DNA of 63,990 bases, the filler included, from an uncultured Methanosarcinales archaeon (lineage in GTDB: Archaea > Nanobdellota > Nanobdellia > Woesearchaeales > UBA12501): NCBI GenBank assembly GCA_964397315.1. It is 8 parts of 8 records of this genome, joined end to end, with 100 filler letters (N's around TTAATTAATTAA, not from the genome) between each part and the next. Parts side by side here need not be neighbours in the genome. Positions count along the whole stretch, not along the records: positions 28,862 to 36,915 come from CAYNHV010000042.1; positions 37,016 to 44,770 come from CAYNHV010000043.1; 6 more parts are not named here. One strand, written 5' to 3'. Shown here piece after piece: positions 28,862 through 38,045 of this stretch (the first letter of the stretch is position 1; the number at the start of each line of letters is the position of its first letter). The position numbers and the translations under genes were made by a program. A model generated the notes under the pieces. The model had not been told where the DNA came from. It searched no databases and saw only the letters and a list, made by a program, of their open reading frames with translations.

Positions 28862-29085
28862 GGGTTTAAAGAAAATCCCGACTCTCAGGCTCGTCTGGGA
28901 TTTTCAGACTTGCAAATTCTGAAGAATTTGCAAGTAAAATGCAAATCCGTTAATACTTTGAGCTCTGCTCAAAGGGGAAGACGTCCTTTGGATGTCGACA
29001 CCACACCAACAGAAAATACTTCGTATTTTCTTAGTTCCAAAAACAAGTTTTGGAACCTTTAGGGTGTGGTTAGGATTTGCTTTAT
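28862..29085 (+). repeat. Palindromic element family B, right part (multi-branched hairpins)
   Basis: First 22 nt overlap the left part; at least 7 inverted repeats; last 25 nt identical to 52301-52325. Confidence 0.8.
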
Positions 29086-29142
29086 TATATCAAAAGAAGC
29101 TAAATGCTCGTTTATTGAGGCTGTTGCCAGAAAATAAACAGC

Positions 29143-29206
29143 TCAGGCAAGGCTGACCTCAACCCTTTCCTTTCCAGCCCCGATGTTCTTCCTCCTGAGC
29201 TTTACC
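29143..29206 (-). repeat. Duplicated 3' end of alaX
   Basis: 55/57 nt identical to 29927-29983; encodes VKLRRKNIGAGKERVEVSLA*. Confidence 0.9.
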
Positions 29207-29278
29207 GGCTTAATAACCAAAACATTTATATATAAGTTTATATAAATAATTATATAATATCATACAGAAGGTATAAAA

Positions 29279-29539
29279 ATGGAATCAGAAGTTATACACT
29301 ACCCAAACCTGAAGACAGTACTGATGGTAGAAGAGACATTAAAAGAAGCAGACACACTCTTAACAAGAGAAGAACTAAAACAAAGACTGCCCAAAAAGAT
29401 TATGCACCAGACGTTAAACATAATCCTGGAATATCTGGAGGACAGTGGGAAAATATTGGATGGGAGAAAAGGAATCTTATGGATATATAATAAAAGCAAG
29501 AGACTGGACAAGGCAATAAAAGAGGGAATTGAAGTATGA
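29279..29539 (+). CDS. wHTH protein, putative antitoxin
   Basis: HYPNLKTVLMVE...LPKKIMHQTL..ILEYLEDSGKI; overlaps the toxin start. Confidence 0.7.
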   Translation: MESEVIHYPNLKTVLMVEETLKEADTLLTREELKQRLPKKIMHQTLNIILEYLEDSGKILDGRKGILWIYNKSKRLDKAIKEGIEV

Positions 29540-29916
29540 GTTTCAAAGGCAAGCAGGTAAAAATAGTGATGGCCGGGGATGCCAGGGAAGAGTATGAAAG
29601 ACTTAATGGAGTAGTAGGAAGTGAGATAAAGAAAGGAATCGATAGCAGTGACCACCAGACATTATTCAACTCAATAAAGCAAAAGATAGAATTCCTGAAA
29701 GAGAATCCAGAGTATGGAACTCATATCAATAAAAGAAAGATCCCAAAAGAATATATCAAGGATTACGAAGTTAATAATCTTTGGAAAGTAAACCTTTCTG
29801 GTGCCTGGAGAATGATCTACACTATAAGGGGAGATGAAGTTGAGATACTGTGCATAATGCTTGACATCCTAAATCATAGGAATTATGAAAAGAAGTTTGG
29901 ATACAGAAAAAGCTGA
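29536..29916 (+). CDS. RelE/ParE-like toxin
   Basis: LKENPEYG, NLWKVNLSGAWRMIYTI, HRNYEKKFGY. Confidence 0.75.
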   Translation: MSFKGKQVKIVMAGDAREEYERLNGVVGSEIKKGIDSSDHQTLFNSIKQKIEFLKENPEYGTHINKRKIPKEYIKDYEVNNLWKVNLSGAWRMIYTIRGDEVEILCIMLDILNHRNYEKKFGYRKS

Positions 29917-30585
29917 TTACTGAACCAGGCTGACCTCAACCCTTTCCTTTCCAGCCCCGATGTTCTTCCTCTTGAGCTTAACCCCACCTATCTCGCCTGA
30001 GTTCTTGACATGAGTCCCTCCGCAGGGGAAAAGTATCTCCTTCTCTTCCCCACTATCCTCAAAGCGCATCCTCCACATTCTTGTTCCGGGCTTGTCAGGA
30101 TTATCATAAGTCTTTATCTCATGGCCTTCCTCAATAAGCCTATTGGTTGTCTCCTCAACATCAGGCATTATGTCATTTGGGTTCTTATCTGTTGCAAAGT
30201 CAAGCCTTGCCTTGTCTGTTGATATGTTGGAGCCCACTATGTCATTGAAGTCCATGCCCCACTTTTCAAAAGCGAGAAATGACACTATATGGGCTGCAGA
30301 ATGGAGCCTCATGAGCTTATAACGAGGCTCCCAGTCAATCTCAACCTTTACTGTGTCACCCTCATTGAAATCAGGCTCTGACTCAAGAACATAGGTTATG
30401 TCATCATCTGTCTTCACAGCCTCCTTAACCCTCACACCTCCTATGGCGCCCTGGTCAGAGGCCTGGCCTCCTGAAAAGGCAAAAAACACAGTCCTGTCAA
30501 GCTTTATCTCTGGCCCCATCTTTGAGACAACCCCTGCCTCGCACTCCCTCATGTAAGGGTCCTGCCAGAACAGCTTTTCAGTCAT
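29917..30585 (-). CDS. alaX: AlaX-M tRNA editing protein
   Basis: GGQASDQG, MRLHSAAH and CGGTHV zinc motifs. Confidence 0.92.
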   Translation of the reverse strand: MTEKLFWQDPYMRECEAGVVSKMGPEIKLDRTVFFAFSGGQASDQGAIGGVRVKEAVKTDDDITYVLESEPDFNEGDTVKVEIDWEPRYKLMRLHSAAHIVSFLAFEKWGMDFNDIVGSNISTDKARLDFATDKNPNDIMPDVEETTNRLIEEGHEIKTYDNPDKPGTRMWRMRFEDSGEEKEILFPCGGTHVKNSGEIGGVKLKRKNIGAGKERVEVSLVQ

Positions 30586-31526
30586 TTTTTCTTCCCTCTT
30601 GTTTTGGCCTTGCCCGCTTTCTTCTTTTTCTTTTTGTCTGACCTTGATTCCATGGCAGCCCTGCTCTTTTTCATGTCGCTTATCGCTCTCTTCTGGTCCC
30701 TTTTCCTCTTGATGACCTTGCCTATCTCTGCTCCTAATGCCGCTCCAGGTATGATTGAGGAGGCAAGCTCTGCTCCCACGTCAAATAGGGCTCCCTCGGG
30801 TATGAGCTCTCCCAGCTCTGTCTTGTAGACCTTTCCTCTTTTTATGTCTCCTGTGAGAGCGTCAACCTCAATGACACCCATTTTCCTGTTTCTCTTGTTG
30901 GTGAATTCAAAAGCGTATATGGGCCTGAAGTACAATGCCCTCTTCTTTATCTCAACAATCTCGTTGAGCACCTTGTCAGCCTGCACCGGCTTTATGAGGT
31001 CCTTGACAAAGCCTCTTATGAGATAAGCTGCCTTTATCTTTGCCGGGATTACAACCTTGTCCCTTCCCATGAGCTCTTCGGTCTCCTTTATGCTCCTTGT
31101 CTTGAAGTCAAGGTATCTCCTGAGCTCTTTCTCCCTCTGCTTTCCCTCAACCGCGTCTGTTATCATCTCCTTTGTGTACTGCTCCACGCAGTGGTCTTCT
31201 GCCTCAAAGGAGCAGTAGGGCTTGTCCCCTGATATCTCAAACACAGCGCCAGCTATCTTAACCGACCTGACCTGGGGGTCAACCTCAAACCCGTAGGTGT
31301 TTGATCTCTTGTACTCTATGTAGCTCTCCCCCACTATGTGCCAGAAAGGCTCGTATCTCTTCTCAGAATGTGTTATCATAATGTTCTCTGACTTGTCAAA
31401 CACGCTGAGCATTCCGAATGCCTTCTTCTTGTTCTGCTCAGCGAGCTTCCTGCACCTCTCGCTGTCATATACATCCGTGAATACCTGGAGGTTCTGCTTC
31501 TTTACATCCAGCTTCAGCTCAACCAT
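30582..31526 (-). CDS. Hypothetical protein
   Basis: Intact 314-aa ORF with host codon usage; YEPFW and YFRPIY..EVDALTG. Confidence 0.7.
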   Translation of the reverse strand: MVELKLDVKKQNLQVFTDVYDSERCRKLAEQNKKKAFGMLSVFDKSENIMITHSEKRYEPFWHIVGESYIEYKRSNTYGFEVDPQVRSVKIAGAVFEISGDKPYCSFEAEDHCVEQYTKEMITDAVEGKQREKELRRYLDFKTRSIKETEELMGRDKVVIPAKIKAAYLIRGFVKDLIKPVQADKVLNEIVEIKKRALYFRPIYAFEFTNKRNRKMGVIEVDALTGDIKRGKVYKTELGELIPEGALFDVGAELASSIIPGAALGAEIGKVIKRKRDQKRAISDMKKSRAAMESRSDKKKKKKAGKAKTRGKKK

Positions 31527-31599
31527 GCCCCTAAAGTCCGGAATATCCTTTATAAATTTTATGTTCCTGATTCAGGGGCCGGAGAGTAGATGGTCAAAG

Positions 31600-32135
31600 C
31601 TTCCTTGGGGGGATAATATTGTGCTGATAATTCCTGGTACTTTTACGAGGTATAACAAGCTTATGATAATTATTCCAAGTGATTCCTGTAATCTTAAGAG
31701 GACATGCTTATTATTCATGGCGCTTCCTTCCCTAAAGAAACTGATATTTTAAAGCGCTCTGTGTGAGTTGGTGCGCTAAGCATATGTGAGGGGGTGGGGT
31801 GGTGGGATTTATCCCTCTGTAAGTGCGACTGGGGTGGTGGAGAAGTCTGGATCAATCAAAATACTTGGGGGAGGCTTTTAATCATAGTACTTCCCACCCT
31901 TACTGCAGAACCACTTAGCGGGTTCTTTCCTTCTGCAACAGCACAACTTCCATATTCTTCCACCAATAAGCCCACCCAATGATATGCTTAAAGCGCTCTG
32001 TGAGTTGGTGCTCTGAGCATGTGTGAGGGGGTGGGGTGGTGGGCGAAGCGATTGTAGAGCTAAACAGGGCGGAGGCAACATCTGGAGGATTCCCTTTTGT
32101 AAAACAAGCATCATTCTTAGAACTCAAAAACAGGA
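31600..32135 (-). repeat. Mosaic repeat family A, inverted copy of about 1.5 units
   Basis: Reverse complement contains GAGTTCTAAGAATGATGC, CCCCCTCACA.ATGCT twice, GGGCTTATTGG, GTAAGGGTGGGAAGTACTATGATTAAAAGC. Confidence 0.88.
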
Positions 32136-32261
32136 TAGCTTTGTAATCTTCACATAAAATGTTATGCTGTGATGGCCTTCACCCTCAGCCCTATAAGATT
32201 TCTCAAAGCCTGCAAAACCTTTATATAATCTTGTTGTTAACACTTTCAGGGAGGCTTAATC

Positions 32262-32513
32262 ATGGGAGCAGAAGCAGGAGCACTCACACCGATTCTTCTG
32301 ATAATATTTGCAGTGCTCTTCATAATCATCCTGGGCATACTTATTGCCGTGTTCTGGGTGTGGATGCTCATTGACTGCATAACAAGGGATTTCAGGGATG
32401 ACATGGAGAAGATAGTCTGGATACTCCTTATGGTGTTCCTCGGAGTTATAGCCTCTATAGTGTACTATTTTGTTGTAAAAAGGAATGACAAGGGAAAGAA
32501 GAGGAATCATTAA
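32262..32513 (+). CDS. Small membrane protein (PLDc N-terminal-like)
   Basis: FWVWMLIDC...KIVWILLMVFLGVIASIVYYF. Confidence 0.8.
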   Translation: MGAEAGALTPILLIIFAVLFIIILGILIAVFWVWMLIDCITRDFRDDMEKIVWILLMVFLGVIASIVYYFVVKRNDKGKKRNH

Positions 32514-32522
32514 TCTTTTATC

Positions 32523-33422
32523 ATGGCAGGGAAATCATCAGGAAAAGAGGAGATATTTTCAGCAGGCGGGCAGGCTGTCATTGAAGGAGTCATGATGCGC
32601 TCCCGCCACAGGCTTGCCATAGCTGTGAGAAGACCTGACGGAAAGATAACAGTAAGGAAGGAGACCATAAAATCAGTGGCTGACAGGCACAAGTTCCTCA
32701 GGTGGCCTTTCATAAGGGGGGTATTCAACCTTGTCCAGATGCTTGTTATTGGCTTCAAGGGCCTGATACACTCGGCTAACGAGACCATGGACAAGATAGA
32801 GGAGGAGCTCACATTTCTTGAGATATTCCTCAGCGTGATTCTTGCTGTGGGGTTCGCGATAATCCTGTTTAAGTTCGTGCCTCTTCTCATAGCCCAATAC
32901 TTTTACTCAAGATTCACTTTTGTGGAGGAGAGCAATGTTCTGTTCAATGTGATAGACGGCATAACAAAAATACTCCTGTTTGTCTTTTATGTGTTTGTCA
33001 TATCCCTCATGAAGGACGTGAGAAGGCTGTTTGAGTACCATGGAGCAGAGCACAAGACAGTGAACTGCTATGAGGACAGGAAAAAGCTGACTGTGAGCAA
33101 TGTCAAAAAGCATTCCACGCTCCATCCCAGGTGCGGGACGAATTTCATACTCATTGTTCTGATACTGAGCATACTTGTCTACACCCTAATTCCCAAGGAC
33201 TTCTCTTTTTGGGCAAAGTTCGGGCTGAGGCTTCTGCTCCTTCCGGCAATAGCTGGAATCTCTTATGAGATACTCAAGCTCAGCGGCAAGTACAGGCATA
33301 ATCCTGTCATGAGGGTCATCGCGCTGCCCGGGCTTGCTGTACAGAAGATAACAACAAGGGAGCCTGACAGGTATCAGATATCTGTGGGCATAGCCGCATT
33401 AAAGGGAGTCATAGGCAAGTGA
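32523..33422 (+). CDS. DUF1385 family membrane protein
   Basis: GGQAVIEGVMMR, YHGAEHK, HPRCGTNF, TTREPD. Confidence 0.92.
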   Translation: MAGKSSGKEEIFSAGGQAVIEGVMMRSRHRLAIAVRRPDGKITVRKETIKSVADRHKFLRWPFIRGVFNLVQMLVIGFKGLIHSANETMDKIEEELTFLEIFLSVILAVGFAIILFKFVPLLIAQYFYSRFTFVEESNVLFNVIDGITKILLFVFYVFVISLMKDVRRLFEYHGAEHKTVNCYEDRKKLTVSNVKKHSTLHPRCGTNFILIVLILSILVYTLIPKDFSFWAKFGLRLLLLPAIAGISYEILKLSGKYRHNPVMRVIALPGLAVQKITTREPDRYQISVGIAALKGVIGK

Positions 33423-33442
33423 TTAACACACCATCCTGTACC

Positions 33443-35137
33443 CTATTCCCTCCTCTGTTTTGTTCTGAGTGTCCTGAGCCTGTTCAGCGCTGCTGCAAGT
33501 TCGTGCCTTCTGAACATGGCAAGCCTTCCTGATGGCGAGCCTGCAAGAACATCAAGGGACTGCTCCCTTATGTCGTCCATTACCGCGTCAAGAATCTCCC
33601 TGAGGGCCTTTCCATTCATTCTCTTTTTGGCATAGAGGAGCGCAAGGCCTATTGCTGTTGTCTGGCTCTTGTCAGCCAGCTGCTCAACACCTGAGAGGTC
33701 TATTGTTGACCTGCCGAACATTATGCCTCTTGTGCTGTCAGCCCTTATCTTCACCTTCTTTCCCCTCACAGGGTCTATGCTCTCCGGAGCAGGCACCCTT
33801 TCTGTTATCCTGCCAAAGGAATCCCCTCCCTCTGCCTTTCTTGCGCTCTTGTCGCTCTCAGCTATCTGCCTTGCCTTTTCTGTCATCTCATAGGGAAGAT
33901 AATCAACCATGCATATGACAGTGTCTGCAATGTCAAAGTAAGCTCCTGAACCTCCTATGACAAGTATTGTTGAAGCCCCCATGTCCTTTGAGAGCTGCCT
34001 TGCCCTGTCAATGTACGGCGTTATAGGCTCCCTCTCCTTTGGCACGAGCTCCTGCATCCTCCTGTCCCTTATCATGAAGTTTGTGGCAGAGGTGTCCTCG
34101 TCAATGAGTATGGCTTTTGCCCCTGCCTCAAGAGCCTCTATTATGTTTGCGGCCTGTGAGGTGCTTCCGCTGGCATTGGGTGTTGAGAATGATGACGTGT
34201 CCTTCTCCATGGGCAGGGAGCCTATGAAAGGAGATATGTCCGCGCCTGCTATGCTCCTGCCATCCTCTGCTCTTATCTTCACGGCATCACTGCTTGTGAC
34301 GACAAACTCCCTTCCATCTCCAGGAAGGTGGTTGTATATCCCCAGCTCCACTGCATTAAGGAGGGTTGACTTTCCATGATAGCCGCCGCCCACTATGAGA
34401 GTGATTCCTTTTGGTATTCCCATTCCGGTGAGCGTCCTGTTGGGAAGCTTCACCTCTTTTTTCAGGCTCTCAGGAGAGATAAAAGGCACTGCATTCTCAA
34501 GAGGCTTCTGGCTTACCCCGCTTTTTCTCGGAAGTATTGAGTTGTCAGCGACAAAGCACACAAGCCCCATGCTGTCAAGCTTTTCCCTCAGCGCGTCAGC
34601 ATCCTCGCAGGCTGTCACGTGCTTCATGAGCTCTTCCTCTTCAACGCTGGTGCGCGGCAGCGAACTGCTTACGATTGAGGGTATCTCCCTGAAGAGCATC
34701 TCCTCAGCATGGTCTGCGGCAATCCTTCTTCCGAATGCAGGAAGGCCGATCTCAAACCGCGCCTCAACATGGCTGTCTCTTATGATGACTGATGTTCTCT
34801 CTATTATCTCCTGGCCCGGCTCGTCAATGCTTATTATCCCTCCCTTGCCTGTGCCCCTCATGCCTTTTGAGTTCTCTCTTATGCCTGCAGCGAATCTTCT
34901 TGTGAGATAATCCATCAGCGCTGTCTCCCTGCTCCGGTTGGAGAGAAAATGTTCAGGATAATCATGCCTCATCCGCGCCCTGGCTCTTGTGGGGGCTGCA
35001 AAGGGGTCTCCCTGCACATGGTCTATGAAAAGGGTGTAATCCTTAAAGTCATAAGAGCCTTCAATGTCCTTGTAGGCCTTGTAGCCCTTTCTGTCTATCC
35101 TTCTCAGGGTTTTCCTGAGGTCCTCCATTGTCTTCAT
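33443..35137 (-). CDS. ABC-class ATPase domain protein (COG3044-like)
   Basis: DHVQGDPFAAP, GGGYHGKST, ASGSTSQAA, IDEDTSATNF, NRLR. Confidence 0.9.
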   Translation of the reverse strand: MKTMEDLRKTLRRIDRKGYKAYKDIEGSYDFKDYTLFIDHVQGDPFAAPTRARARMRHDYPEHFLSNRSRETALMDYLTRRFAAGIRENSKGMRGTGKGGIISIDEPGQEIIERTSVIIRDSHVEARFEIGLPAFGRRIAADHAEEMLFREIPSIVSSSLPRTSVEEEELMKHVTACEDADALREKLDSMGLVCFVADNSILPRKSGVSQKPLENAVPFISPESLKKEVKLPNRTLTGMGIPKGITLIVGGGYHGKSTLLNAVELGIYNHLPGDGREFVVTSSDAVKIRAEDGRSIAGADISPFIGSLPMEKDTSSFSTPNASGSTSQAANIIEALEAGAKAILIDEDTSATNFMIRDRRMQELVPKEREPITPYIDRARQLSKDMGASTILVIGGSGAYFDIADTVICMVDYLPYEMTEKARQIAESDKSARKAEGGDSFGRITERVPAPESIDPVRGKKVKIRADSTRGIMFGRSTIDLSGVEQLADKSQTTAIGLALLYAKKRMNGKALREILDAVMDDIREQSLDVLAGSPSGRLAMFRRHELAAALNRLRTLRTKQRRE

Positions 35138-35175
35138 GCTTGTTGTGTTCTGGAGCGCGTTTTTAACTTTTTCCC

Positions 35176-35237
35176 TCAGGTCTGTTTCTCAACAACCTCT
35201 CCTTTTGGCTCCTTTTCAGCAAACACCAGGGCCTGGA
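35176..35237 (-). repeat. Duplicated 3' end of the AMMECR1 gene
   Basis: 57/62 nt identical to 35926-35987; encodes QALVFAEKEPKGEVVEKQT*. Confidence 0.9.
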
Positions 35238-35249
35238 GGATATATCCAG

Positions 35250-35516
35250 TCACTCCTTTTCCAGGAATGTCTCAATATATTTCATTATCTTTTCTCTTTT
35301 CGCTGTGTTAATAGAGATCTCCTTTCCATAGCCTGTTGGCTTTTCAAAAAGTATTCCCTCTTTTTTTAGCTTCTCAGCCAGGGTCTTGACCCTGCCCCTT
35401 AAATCCTTTGGAAATCCTTTCTGCATATTATCAAGTGAGGTATGGCTGTGCTTGAACTTTCCCAGCCTTGTCAGCTTATGCAATATTTTTCCTTTGATTT
35501 CTTCATCAGACCACAT
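35250..35516 (-). CDS. Small basic hypothetical protein (accessory cassette, possible toxin or wHTH)
   Basis: 88 aa, HSHT..KGFP..KPTGYG..ISIN; divergent from a wHTH gene. Confidence 0.6.
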   Translation of the reverse strand: MWSDEEIKGKILHKLTRLGKFKHSHTSLDNMQKGFPKDLRGRVKTLAEKLKKEGILFEKPTGYGKEISINTAKREKIMKYIETFLEKE

Positions 35517-35581
35517 GAAAAGTCCACCAAAATAGACCCTGAAGGGAAAGATTTATATACTTTCCGGTTTATTCATATGAT

Positions 35582-35917
35582 ATGAAAGAGAAATCATTGT
35601 TATTACAATTGACAGGAGAAATGCCCTTATTCAGGATAGTAGATTTTCTGGTGGAAAACAAGGGAAAGGATTTCACAAAGACAGACATAGCAGAAGGAGC
35701 AGGTATCTCAAGAGCATCCTTATTTAACTACTGGAGAGAGCTGGAAAAGCATGGTATAATCAAGGTAACAAGGAAGTTTGGGAAAACCAGGCTGTATACA
35801 CTAAATTCAAAGAATCCAGTAACCAGAAGAATACTTGACCTGGAAACTGCTTTGATAAAAGAGGCAATGGATAAGGATGCAGGTCATAAAGAAAAATTGC
35901 TTGCTGCTTCTGCATAA
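35582..35917 (+). CDS. Winged-HTH transcriptional regulator
   Basis: TKTDIAEGAGISRASLF...RKFGKTRLYTLN. Confidence 0.82.
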   Translation: MKEKSLLLQLTGEMPLFRIVDFLVENKGKDFTKTDIAEGAGISRASLFNYWRELEKHGIIKVTRKFGKTRLYTLNSKNPVTRRILDLETALIKEAMDKDAGHKEKLLAASA

Positions 35918-35925
35918 AAATTGTT

Positions 35926-36513
35926 TCAAATCTGTTTCTCAACAACCTCTCCTTTTGGCTCCTTTTCAACAAACACCCAGGCCTGGAACTTGTATATGCT
36001 CGTGTTATTGTCCTTCCACGCGTCAGGGGGCAGGCCTGCTTTCATGCAGAGGTGTTCAAGGAAATTTTCTGCATCCCATCCCTGCTCTGAAGCTACCTGC
36101 GGCAGGAGCAGCCCTGAGCCTGACACACCCTTGATTATGAGCCCGTCAGCCCCCACTACAATGCTGTCCTTAATGTCTTCAGGGCTTTCCCCTTCCACCT
36201 GCCGGGGAGCTGAAAGAACAGAGACCTCTATTGTTATCTCATCAAGCTCCTCTTCTGATACAGGGGGGAATCTTGGGTCAGAGAATGCAGCTGACCTTGC
36301 TGCCTCAACAACAGCCCTGCTAAGCGCGTATAACGGCTCTGGAAATCCGATGCATCCTCTTAATGTCTCATGCTTGTTCAGGGTGACAAACACTCCCTGC
36401 TTTTCCGAGAACTCCTCATACTCTGAATAGTCTGTTTTCTCTTTTGTAAAGGAGGATTCTATTGCCTTCCTGGCAAGCTCCACAAGCTTCTCCCCCTGCT
36501 TCTGGCTGAACAT
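35926..36513 (-). CDS. AMMECR1-domain protein
   Basis: GVFVTL, LRGCIG, DPRFPP, GLLLPQVA, LCMKAGL. Confidence 0.93.
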   Translation of the reverse strand: MFSQKQGEKLVELARKAIESSFTKEKTDYSEYEEFSEKQGVFVTLNKHETLRGCIGFPEPLYALSRAVVEAARSAAFSDPRFPPVSEEELDEITIEVSVLSAPRQVEGESPEDIKDSIVVGADGLIIKGVSGSGLLLPQVASEQGWDAENFLEHLCMKAGLPPDAWKDNNTSIYKFQAWVFVEKEPKGEVVEKQI

Positions 36514-36514
36514 T

Positions 36515-36861
36515 TTATCTTCTGAGCATAACCATGCTCAGCATGGAGTAGAATGCTGCTGCCGGCCTTGAGAATCTTGCCTCATCCATGAGGCCGTGGG
36601 ACTGCATCTTGTAGATGAAAACGTTCCATCTCATGTCAGCTATGTGCTCAAACACCCTGTAGAGGTCATTGTAGAAATCCCGCGCTGCGCTCTGCGTATC
36701 CCTTCCCATGAGAAGGAGTATTGACTCAATGTCAAACATCATGTCCTTGAGATTGGCTCTTATGCCTTTTTTCTCAGCAACTCCCTTTCTGCTGATATAC
36801 ACTCTAACACCCCCAATGGTGTGGCTTTTGTCAAAGTTATATTTAAAGTTTGCTGTTGCCT
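36515..36861 (-). pseudogene. 3' part of a hypothetical gene interrupted by an IS end
   Basis: The ORF's apparent N-terminus (MVLSHLENPFGDT) is encoded inside the IS terminus 36862-36915. Confidence 0.55.
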
Positions 36862-36915
36862 CAGTATCTCCGAAGGGATTTTCTAAATGAGATAGCACCA
36901 ACTAATTCTAAATCA
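36862..36915 (-). mobile_element. IS terminus B at contig end
   Basis: Starts CAGTATCTCCGAAGGG; reverse complement of 20232-20285. Confidence 0.75.
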
Positions 36916-37086
36916 NNNNNNNNNNNNNNNNNNNNNNNNNNNNNNNNNNNNNNNNNNNNTTAATTAATTAANNNNNNNNNNNNNNNNNNNNNNNNNNNNN
37001 NNNNNNNNNNNNNNNCTCTAAAGAAATGGGAAACTTATGGTTTTTTATATAGGGGGTTTCTGGGGAGCCGATGCTGGTGTTCCAGC

Positions 37087-37794
37087 CTATTTCCCGTCTC
37101 CAAAAGAATTATGGTGGATTTCGCACTCCCTGAAGCCTCCTGTGTAGCAGGCTGAGTTTATGCTTTCAATCTCATGGGCGCACAATCCCTGTGCGTAGGG
37201 GCAGATCATGTCCTCTCTTGGGAATGACTCCCTGAACAGCATTGGCAGGTCAATGTAGCGGTGCAGGCCTGAATCCCTGTCCAGCCAGAGGAAGGAGAAA
37301 CCCCTCTCTGAATTAAGCTCTGCTGCCCCGTCAACTCCCATCTGGTTCAGGTCATAGGGGAACAGGCTGATATCAACATTCTCCATCCGCTCCTCACTAT
37401 AGGCAGACACAGCATCAATCCCTCCCCCATTGAGTGAAAATGCCTTCTCTGTCTGTTTCATCACAAGGGCGATCTTTCCCAGCAGGTAATCCCTGTGCCA
37501 GCCCTTTTCAGAGTACGCCTTCACATAACCATAATTCTCAATGCAGGACCCGGAGATTATCGCCTCTGCCGCCCTGTCAGCCTGCCTGTCAATGAACTCC
37601 CTCTCTGCTCCGTTTATATATGACCTGTGGCCGCTTACTGACATCAGTATATCCTTCAGTGGCAGTGTCTTTTCTTTACACTCCTGGTTCTCCTGTATCA
37701 CTCCCTCAATGTCATCAACACTGAATATTATTCCCCTGCCCTGCCATACTGAAGAGCCGGAGTTTAGAATCCTGTCTGTTATCCTGTCAAGCAT
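37087..37794 (-). CDS. Hypothetical protein
   Basis: Intact ORF, probable start MLDRIT; C-terminal Cys cluster. Confidence 0.55.
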   Translation of the reverse strand: MLDRITDRILNSGSSVWQGRGIIFSVDDIEGVIQENQECKEKTLPLKDILMSVSGHRSYINGAEREFIDRQADRAAEAIISGSCIENYGYVKAYSEKGWHRDYLLGKIALVMKQTEKAFSLNGGGIDAVSAYSEERMENVDISLFPYDLNQMGVDGAAELNSERGFSFLWLDRDSGLHRYIDLPMLFRESFPREDMICPYAQGLCAHEIESINSACYTGGFRECEIHHNSFGDGK

Positions 37795-38045
37795 ATTAAA
37801 AAAAAGAGAAAGTTTATGCAGGTATTTAATGATTATTGTCATAAAAGCCATAAGTCGCGAATTCGGCATTCTCAGGGCTTACGGATGAAAAAGGCTCCCC
37901 CTATGGAATCATCAGAACTTTTAGTCACTCATCACTGTCAACCAGATGGTTTATTTAAATATTGTTGTTGCAGGAGTTATATTTTTCAAGGGTGGTAATC
38001 TATTCTACAAATAAATAAATAATCGCCGCATATTTCTTTCATGTT

